DNA of 64,000 nt from Yuukianura sp. NJ FZ-2021. Its lineage: Eukaryota. Made by a program: the position numbers and the translations under genes. Under the pieces are notes generated by a model, which had not been told where the DNA came from, searched no databases, and saw nothing but the letters and a program-made list of their open reading frames with translations. Location: assembly GCA_046563655.1 (NCBI GenBank), contig CM102285.1, positions 8,432,001-8,496,000 of the forward strand, read 5' to 3'. This document shows positions 53,909-64,000 of this stretch, piece by piece. Within the stretch, counting starts at the first letter, position 1. Each line of letters begins with the position of its first letter.

Positions 53909-56900
53909 GGAACAGTCGTAGGAAAATGCCGACTCTGTACAGAGCTTGAACAGACGCCGACGTTCGTTCCTGCAATAACAAAGTTTTTTTTTGTTACTGA
54001 CAGAAATTAATGTTCTAAAACAACTCATAACATTCTGTTGTCTAACATCCAACTGAGGTGAGGCTAAACTTGATTCGCGAGTACGGAAATGGAGCTATTT
54101 GGTTGGGCCCATCGGTCGAAAAACAAACTTAATTTTTCATTCGCTTTGGGTCGAAGGCTTCAAGGAAATGTCTAAAAATGTGACCATTTCCATTCGTGTG
54201 GGGAAAGCGTTCCGCGTGAAGTGGTTTGAAAGAGGAGAAAGTTTGTATGTACAAAGGATATGAGCACTATTCCGCATGACCGGTGGTCAGTTCTGCGCTG
54301 TCATTCTCTAATTGTAACTTCAAAACAAATTATTCATAAAAATTAATCATCCAATGAATGGGTACTTCAAAAAAAAGTTGCAATTTTAAAACAGAAAAAG
54401 ATTTTATTTCGCGTTTTCAACACAAATGCATTGATGTGATAATAAATTAAGTCGCTTTAAAATTACTGCTTGAAATTTGTTTTTAATTTTCAGTTAGATC
54501 ATAATACTGAATGGCATGTCATCGTGGAGAGATTCGTGTTGATTTAACCTTTGACCTGCGTCGACATAAAGCCAAGAACCTCCCACATTCAGTTTTGACA
54601 GCATATTTTGCGCAAAAATATTAATGGATTTGTTTATGCACATACTCGTTAAACTGAAATCCTTTTGAAGAATAGTTTTTGTGAAAGTTCCAGATCGTTG
54701 GCCTATGGTGCTTTCACCACAGTAATAAATCATAGCCCTCTCTTGGACACCTTTTCTCCTCCGTTGTGACTGTCAAATTCATTTCAAGTGAGTAAAGCTC
54801 ATTTCCTAAATGGAGGGCCATTGACCCATCCTGCAAAGGTAGATGTGCTCTGAATTTTGATTGGAAATCTGAACTTTCCCTTGGAAAAGTTTACGAGGCT
54901 GAGGAGCACTAAAGAACGGAAACCGTAAAAGCAGAGTTCTAAACGGAATGAGCCCTGGGTTGAAGTACTCACTCCATTGTGTTTCTCAGGAGGGATCCCT
55001 TGGCTCTTGATCTGCTTAGAGGCAAGAGGCGGAGGCATAAAGATGTCTTTGTTGATTAGTGTCTAATGGATTTATGCGGAGATTTGGAAGGAGTGAGGGA
55101 TTGCCTGTATCAAAACCCAGAGAGAACTGGGCGTGATTGATGGCTTCAGTCCATGCAACCACTTCCACCACATCCACTACTTCACTTTAGGTTACGTTAC
55201 ATAAGTTTCACTTGGAATGTGGCTTTAACGCATCTTCAACATGGTAACTAACGTTTCAATCCGCTTTCCGTACTTTCCCACCCAAATACAAGTGAATTTT
55301 AATAACGCCAAAGTCGTTAAGCCTCATTTCCGTCTTCTCACGATCGTTTACTCATGTATTCCATTGTGTTCTGAAACATCCATTTTTCAAGCATTGCAAG
55401 CTTTCTCCGAATCAATCTCGGTAATAGATCTTTCACACGTAAGTAGTAATAAGAGGGAAAGGAAATGGAATTGACTTAATGATTAAATGATTCTGCCAAT
55501 ACTGGACCTGTCAACTTTTGAACAACGATAAATTTGCACGAATCCATTAATCCATTATACATAGCGTTGGCAAGAATAAATTATTGGCTATCATAATTTC
55601 TCAAAGTATTAATTACTTCCTACAGTAACTTTAGGAAGACTTGTCAATGAAGCGTTTTTCAACCAGCATTCCATTTTAAGTGTGTTATGCAATTACCACT
55701 CAAATGTAAATGGTTTAATGATCAATTTAAGACATGTTTTTGTTTGTTTTTAGAGCATTTCGTAAGCACTAGTTTTGAAATGGAATTTAGTTATTCAAAG
55801 TACAGCGTCTCTTTGTGGTATTGCGGGGAGAGGCGTTAATTCGAAACGGCGTTGGGTCAACTGCCTGAGGACGATCAAAGTGAAACCGCATGAGTGAGTT
55901 TAATGCCTAAGTCAAGAAAGTCGTAAAACGTAGGAAGAGAAAGCTATCTACTTTCCAGAGGGACTTTAAGCCTAAGTCCTCCGCAGTCGGACGTGTGTCT
56001 GCCTCTTATTAGACAGTCCAAAACCGACGGACTGGTCCTTGGAAATGGAGCAGAGTAGGTTGCAGAGGCAGATCCATTGGAGAAAGCACCTGAAGGAGAA
56101 AGTGACGCTGGAAGCGATTACTTGCCTTTTCACTTCGCCTCAGCCCTTTCTTTCTTCTGTGCTTGTCAAGTGTCACAGACTGGCCCATATGACATGGCAT
56201 ACTTTTTTAGCCACATGCACCACAACAACGCAAATACACTTAGGGAAGTGTCAGAAACGTTAGGGATGTCAGATTGTTTGGGAAAAGAAACTTTGGCTAT
56301 GGAGATAAGATGAGAAGTGACTGGAGACAGTTTTAAGGAAATGGTTATGGCTTTATGTTTACTTCCTCCGCACAACATGTTGTTAGAACTTACTAAACAA
56401 TTTTTAGTACGTTTATAACTAAATTTTCACGTCGCAAAGTGCTATTATAACTATTTGCCATCTACGGTTAGTTTTAGGGCTTGTTATGATCTTTAGTGTT
56501 TCAAAAACATCTTTACAATGTTAAAAAAAAAGCAGCACAACATCTCTATCCCACCCAACCACGATTAAAAATGCTTTTTCAGTACTTTCAAATACTTCCT
56601 AAAATTGAGTTTTGATTGCACTCCGAAGTGTTTATGGAGTTTCACAAACTTTCGAACACTTTTGAAATTGTTACATAAGACAGTAAAGGTAGGTTGGAAG
56701 GATTGTGTTATTTGTGCAAAACATTACCCGCTTTCTCCAAAAAAATGAAAAAAAAAAATGAAATTTTGTGTCTTGGAATTTGCAATTAAAACTGGCTAGA
56801 GCTCTGTTTTTTATTCGTTTCATAACTTAAAAGAGAAAGTGTAGTTGAGGGGGCGAAAAGCTTGTCTTTGTGTGTCAGTGAAGTGTGAATTATTTCTTGA

Positions 56901-59900
56901 AGATTATCTCTGTGTAGTAACGCAGGTTGTCAGCAAAAAGACAAGAAAGTGCCTGATCCGCATCACGAGTAGGTTTTTGAAATGGGGATCATTACATGAC
57001 GGAGGCAGCTACAAAATGAGGGTAGAGATGCTTCAAAGGGAGATCCTCTCCCGGGTTTTATGGGTCCTTCTTCTTCTGTGTGCAATTTAAAAAGTGGAAG
57101 AGGGTTGAAAGAAAATCTACATTTTTGCAAGACTCGGCGTCTACTTTTCAAAATTCCTACTTCTGCTGCACGGAGCCTGGGGAAAAGGACCTAATAAAGC
57201 CTAATAGGCTTCCATACTTTTTAGACAAGGTTAAAACTTTTCCAAGTCTGCCAAAAATACTTTTTTAAACAGAAGCGATTTCCTTTATTTCCAGCCCTTG
57301 TTCAAATAAATTCTCACACAAATCCAGAAGAGACTTTGACTCTCACTCTGTGTGGAAATAAGTGCCACTACTTCTGACTTGGAATTTTGAAAAAAGTGAA
57401 AGTGAGAGTGTAAGTCAGATGGAAATGCGGGAGGCCTTTTTTCCTTTCACCTGTGTCCCCTCATCGTCACCAATAAAAAGAGGAAAGTTTGCAAAAGTTT
57501 TTCCAATTTTCAAAAAATAGGGAAAGTCTTCTCTGTTTTATGACATCGGCTGAAATGAAAAGGTTGTGTGATTTTGCAATGTCATCTCCCTTGGAGTTAA
57601 AGTGCGCGTAAAGGAGGAAAAACGCAAAAAGAAAAGATTTCCAAGTTAGTGAAAGCCTGAATTTAACGTAACAGTAAGTTAGGTTTAGTTTAAAACAAAG
57701 TGAAAGTTCAAACTTCACTTTCAAATCAATGACTCGCACAGCAAAGGCTAACGAAACCCTCCAATTAGTAATGCATTTATCAGGTTTTAGAATTAGAAGA
57801 GAAAATCTTCAAAATTTGAACCAACCTCATTAAAATTGAAATTGCATGCAAAAAAAAAATGTTCACTTTTTAGATTTTTTTTTGTTATAACTGAGAGCGA
57901 ACTTTTGCTAGCTGTTGACCTTTAGAACTTCGAGCATTACAAAAGTAATCTAGAACAAAAGAATTGATGTAAATTAAAAATAACTTTCTAAAGGTTAAAC
58001 TCAACATTTCAGAAAAGTTCTTATTTTTGTGTTAACCTTTCATAACATTTTTAAATTGCAAATTTTCGCTAGACAAAAACCTTTTTGTTAAAACCATTAC
58101 CTTAACTCTCCGTTTTTGCCATTACAAAAGTTGAAACTGGAAAAAAGCCTTTCATCCTTTGTCTTCACTTTAATCCGACAGGGTTTTACATTATTAAGAC
58201 CTTGAAAGTGTCTCGTGCCAAATTCTGCAGTCACAAGTCTTAAAGCTCAGCGGCAGTCAAAGTTCCTTGCTGCGCTGCTCTTCAAATAATCCCAAAGCAA
58301 AAGTGGGGTGAAAGTTAGAATTCAAAAGTAATCTGAGGCGAAAAGACTTTTTTCTTTTTAGAAGGAAAAAGTTGCTTTCTTCTCAAGTTCTTTTTCAGAT
58401 TATTTCCTTCGTGGTTAACGTTTGAGGCAAGCTGGAAATTGAGTGCCATAAAACTTGATATTTATTTAAGAAAGCCTCAGTGCTACTACACTTTTTGAAA
58501 AGAAATGACGCCAAAGGCATGTGACTTTGGGTAGGTTTTGGGAGCTTAGCTAAGAGGCTAAAATTGAACGGAACCAATTCCTTTAGGTGGCAATTGACGC
58601 TAACTGCGAAAAATGATACTCAAAATGACGTAAGTTTTTAGAAATGAACTTCAAGATACAAGATACGACACGTATCTAACTGGGTCGCCACTCTCAAACT
58701 TGAGATTATATTTTTCCGCATATTACCAGAAAAACGATTTTTGGACAAGAACGTTGTAATTTCTGTAATGTCACTTTCTATATTACTTTCTGAATTCGGT
58801 TGAGTGATGCTGTACGAAACCAAAATTTGGTGTTGTTGCGATAAAATGAAATATGCAGAAAATAGAAAATGAAATAGAAAATAAATATAAAATGCAAATC
58901 ATACATGTTTACGTTGTGCATGGTTTATTAACATGTGAAGTTCAGATTGGCCAGGATTGGCTGTGAAATCAGGATGTTGGATCATATTAAAAGGGCGGAG
59001 GATGATGGCATTTGACTTACGGAATTTATCAACCTAGTTCTATACAGACGAAGTACTGAAATGTTTGCCCTTCGGCGTTTAAATTTAATCTTCATGAGCA
59101 TAGGGCTTTAGGTTGTGAGCAAATGGTTATGTATTTTTTCGTTAAAACTCCTATAACATCATATTGGAAGAGTTTCCTATCCACTGTGAGTTCAAAAAAT
59201 GAAGAAAAGATGTTTCTCTAATGCGATTTAAAAACGGCTTCAACTAAAATTCCAAACTCAATTACAACTTAAAAAAACGCGTGCGGTTACTTTCCTTTTG
59301 TTTTAAGGTGGGTAACTAATTTTTTTAAATTCCAAACCGTATTTGAGGTTTCCAGTTTCCAGTGGCTAGTCTGACATTGCCGTTTTCTTCATATTTTTTT
59401 CTCTAAAAATGATTTCTAAGGTTCCTCGTCAGTAAGTAGAGTTCTAACCACACCGAAGTTCGTTTAAGCTTAATAATCCACTGGAGGCTTTAAGCCAAGG
59501 GAGACTCTTTGTCCAGTAGAATTACTTTGCCAAAGGACCCCCCGTAATCCATCATGATCTCCCGTCTCCACGGAACATAAATAGTTTATGATGAGGAAGA
59601 AAAAATAGAACGAGGGAAAGTAACTTTCTGTTCGTCTCTACAACGCTTGAGTAAGTGAATAGAATCTGCGTGGGAAGCCACACTGCATCTCCTCTTTGAC
59701 AAAAGACCTAATCGACAGTGGAAATCCAATGTCGAGAAAGTGGAGAAAGTTGTTTAAACATACCAATCCGTGATAAAGTCTTTGGAAATCGTATAGATGG
59801 GCGTGTAGTTCCAACTTGAATTCCGTTCATCTCCCTCCCCACTTCCTAATTTCATCATCTTCCAAGTTGATTCCTAAGGTTAGTTCCGTAGTCTTTTGAC

Positions 59901-62900
59901 TTCTGGTTGACGTTCCTCTGGCGTCCTAGTGGTTTTGGACTTTCAAGATTTTCTCCACAACGTTGAGGCAGAGAACAGGTCTTGAGAAAGTGATGGAGAG
60001 AGACTTGGCCTCACACTTTCTTTAGAAATTGAGTTCAGAAGCTAGAGGATGAAATTAGGTAGAAGTAGAAGTTAAGGATGAAATCCATTTCCGTCCTGGA
60101 AATGATTTCCGCCTCTTCGTCGTTCTCGTCATCTTCTTCGACAACCTGCAAATGCAAGAAAAAACTGCCTTGGTAGAAAAACCGTCTTTCAGTATTCAAT
60201 TTCCGTGTTAGGAAAATTTTATGGTTGGTAGGAAACGGGAAGGAGGGAGAATCTTAAGCATTTTGGAGTTTGCCACGGCCTTCTCCGGTTTTACTTTTTC
60301 TTTGGTAACTTATAGAAATGAAGCACGTAAAAACTAGCACTTTCTCCTCCTCGTGAAAACTTGGAATAGTTATCGACAGCTACTCCTTTGCGTATGCTAT
60401 GTGTAGCGTCTAGCTTCCTTTCCAGCTCTTTTTTTCAACGATGATTTATGAGCTAGAAGATTTTCTCAAGTTCATTTCAGCCTTTTGCTTTCTTTTTGAA
60501 AATGGTTTGTGGGAAGAAGCGGAGGTAACTTCTCTGTTATAACCCCGCAAAATCATCGAAGGAAAAAGTTAGCCATTCACTTTTGCTTGTTCAACTCCGT
60601 CAATTTTCAATAGTAGGACTCAGAACTTCTTTTTTTTAAATAATGAAAGAAAAAGAGAAAGAAAAAGAAAGTGGAATCTTATAACGGATTCAAAAGGGGC
60701 CAAAGACGAGGGCAATTAGGGGTGAGTCAGTCGCAAAAAAGAAAAAAAAATTATTTTCTGTCTAAAGTTCGCTTCGTCTCGAGTTTCAAAAAATATGAAA
60801 CAAAAGTAGTGAAAGTGTATCTCATTGCTTTTCTTTTTCCCACAGAAACTGGGGTTTAGAATCTGCGGATTTAATGCTCATTAGTGCAGTAGAGTACAAA
60901 AGATGCAGAATCGAATGACACACGACCAGAGATAGGATGTGAATTTGAATCTTTTGGGGAAATGAATGCGGGTAGTACGAGACAAGTAAAGCGTTTAAGC
61001 CGTGCTTTCTCCACTTTCACTCCCTCTGCTTCCGCCGCCATTGTGTTAGAAGTGCTTTCAAGTAGAACACTGTAACATGCCAATTTGGGTTTCCGGATTT
61101 GAGTTATGGGTGTAAGCGATAGGGTTTATAGTGCTCCCTTTGTTCAAAAGTGTCACCGTCTCTTGTAAACTTGGAACATTTTCAATCCTATTTGAACAAA
61201 ACAAGAACAAGGCTCCTGAGCTCCGGAACTCAGAGAAAGAAAGACGTGATAATTATGGTTGTGGAGGCCATTTGAGGGAAATACTTTAGCCTGTAGATGT
61301 GTAATTCGCATGGAGGTTTAGTAGGGATTTGTGTGGACTTTTGGCAGTGATTCAAGGGAGAAAAGGATGTTCATTAGGAGCTCCACTTTAAATACCCTAT
61401 TCATCATTTATCCAGGCACTCCGCCCCCAGGTCCTTTGATCTCTAGATTCCCGGGTTTTTAATAGGTGAGCAGAGGTGGGTTGAGGTACAAAAGCAGCTT
61501 CAAGAGCCTTGTCTAAAACCACCAAGTTCTAAAACGAAGGAATTAATATGGTACGGAGGTTTTCGTGCCTCTGTGTTAACTAATCGCGGCTTGCAAGAAA
61601 ATCAGAACCAGAAAATGAACCTACGAAATCTTTCTAAGTCAAATCAAGAGTATCAGGGTGACTGGATTTAGACACCCACCGATATCCGGTGTTGAGCTAA
61701 TAGTATTTTTCAACTTTGCTTTGAAATATGAAATGAACGCTGATAACAAAGCGATTGGAATCCTGAAAGACGTTCGACACACCTGAATATTTTAAAAATT
61801 CAGTATGAAATGTGTGGCGGGGCTCAAAATTTTAAAAAACTACAATATTTGGAATCAACTATTTGAGTAATGTGATTTGTTTGCGATTTTTGTTGAGAAA
61901 GATAATGTAGGCACCTCTGCAACTTGCAAAAATGTTTACGGTATTTTCATTGCAAATATCAAGAGTATCGTATGATAAGTTTTGGTTGAATTTAAGTTAT
62001 AAAGATTTGGCTAACTTCGGATAGCATGTGAATTGACATTTTTATGAAAATCCTTCAAACCCAAATGCCCGGTTTCTCTTTTGTTTTATGGAGTTGGAAA
62101 ACCCTGGTCGAAACAAACCGCAATCCTCCTTTGCCACTGCATTTACCTTTGGTGGATGAGGAACTTTCTCCTTTGTTTGCTAAGGAAGATTCGCATCGCT
62201 AAATCTCTCACCTCCTCCCTTCATGCCCAGACACTTTGGTTACACTAACTGGAATGGAAATTTGTGAAAGATGGATGACAGAATGCACAACCCAGTGACA
62301 TTTCTCCAGTGTCAACATTTTTTTTTCTAACGTTAAAGTAGTCGAATCTTACGGCGTTTCTTGCGAAGCGTAAAGGATCATTCCAGTTTGTATGTTAAGG
62401 GAGGGTTAAATGGAAGCAAATGACTTGATGTTAATGTTATTGACAAAGTGATGCTCACTTTCACTTTGTCGCCTCCTCGCTATCTGGATTTCCATCCCCT
62501 GGAGTCATTTGGGCTGCGAAGGGTGAAAGGACGGGTCAAGTGGACCATGATGGAACACACTACACTTTGACATGTAACCCGGTAGAAAGTCTTCATCCGG
62601 ATCCATAGGGTATGCTACGTGGCCTAACTTATGGAGGCATGGGTGGTCCCCTTTCTCCAAAACTTTCTCCATGGGTGCCTCGAACATGCATTTCCTCTTT
62701 AGCTTCTAATCAATCTCCATGCGTTCCTCAACAGACTTGGAGAGAATATGCAAACACAGCCTCCCATATGCTTTTACTCACACTCAATTTATAGTTGCCT
62801 TGTTGACATTTAAGGAGAAACTCGTGTCCTTTGAAGGAACGGATACCTAGGGGAGGGTGCTCCACTTCTGCATGGGGTCAACCAAAGGCGGAGTGAGATC

Positions 62901-64000
62901 AAAGGGAGAGGTCAGGAGAAGGTCATTAAGTTGGAGCCCTGCACAGATTCTTATTGACTCTGCTAGGTCTGCCTTTGCACAAACTACAGAGACTAGGGAT
63001 GAAGGGCTCTTTATTTGAAGTTGTTCTTTGAAAAGGAGCCTTTCTTTTTAGAAAAGCTTTTTTAAGAAAAGACCACATGCCGCTCGGAGGGACTCCAGTC
63101 ATCCATGGATGATGAGAGACTTCTGCTAGCAGTAGTATAGTAATAGGAGTGAAAACAGGCTTCACTCCGAGGCATGATACACTTTCTTCCCTGGAACTGA
63201 TAACATGGATTTCCTCTTCGTCTGTCTACCTTGATTTGAGAGGTTCATTGGATGAGCCTAATGATGATGGAAGATGAATAGAAGACGAGGAGGCGCTATT
63301 AAGAAAAAGACTCAGGCTAAGTCTTAAACATCTCACATCCAAGAGCCTTCTAAACAGTGTTTTATTACGGAACATCGGAAAACAGGATTTTTATTTTAGA
63401 AAACTAAAAAATTTAGGAAAAGAAGAAATTTCTATCTCCTGTTTAGGCATGGCTCAACAGCAAGAACATAAGGAAATTTAGATAGAGCTGTAGAGTCATC
63501 CTGGTAATGAAATCTGATGGACGAAGACGCTTCTGCAGGTGACTTGACTCCTTCTGCTTTCACTTCTCCTAACGTAAATATTGTAGGCATAAATCAATAA
63601 CAAGCTTTAAGTGTTCCATGGCCCAATTCCAAATGAAGACACCTTTCAGCACAAACTCCCTAACGTTACTTTGTGTCCGCAACCTTCAATATGTGATGCT
63701 CCAGGAATTGTGATAGGTCTCCATTACCTGTCCATTTCCGTTCGTCATGTCAACTTTCTCACTGCTTCAGCCTTATTTGAAGGCAGTAGATGTTCAAGAC
63801 AGGACTCATTCGAGTCTTATTACTATTTATATGACTAAAGTGCAGAGTAGGGTTATAGAGCATAATGGAAATAATGGTTCGTTGTGGCAAGTGAAAGGTA
63901 AATAGGACGTTTGAGTCTAATGCTAAGAAGGAGAAAGTTGTTTGAATGCATGATACTACATGGGCGTTGGAACATTGGCCATCGATCCATGCTGTCTCTC

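Noticed and set aside
53909..54052. N-terminal extension of the 342-aa receptor ORF
   Set aside because: It starts at a non-ATG codon and runs through an intron acceptor (~53970). The first ATG is at 53908 in the spliced model.
61654..62106. CAGGGT...ACCCTG possible MITE ends
   Set aside because: Only a 6-bp inverted match and no target-site duplication.

Overview
Eukaryotic (arthropod) genomic DNA. It is AT-rich with short GT-AG introns, and the gene content suggests a springtail-like hexapod (inference). The first 32 kb is gene-dense: an unknown 3-exon basic low-complexity protein (-), ABT1/ESF2 (+), an intronless small heat-shock protein with an HSE-rich TATA promoter (-), a zf-MYND membrane-anchored protein (-), RNA Pol I subunit RPA43 (+), a thioredoxin-domain NME8/TXNDC3-like protein (+), and E(z)/EZH2 (-) head-to-head with Jarid2 (+). 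The second half is gene-sparse: a DM4/DM12-like secreted or membrane protein (+), a secreted plant-type L-gulonolactone-oxidase-like flavoprotein (-, HGT candidate) with a decayed partial duplicate, and a B-type muscarinic acetylcholine receptor (-) with a very long third intracellular loop and about 10 kb of upstream non-coding DNA. Several non-autonomous TIR elements and a 65-nt hairpin are present. The most notable observations are the divergent PRC2 pair E(z)-Jarid2, a duplicated sHSP heat-shock promoter upstream of the MYND gene, and the plant-like oxidase. All exon models were spliced by eye and family calls come from motif recall, with no database search.
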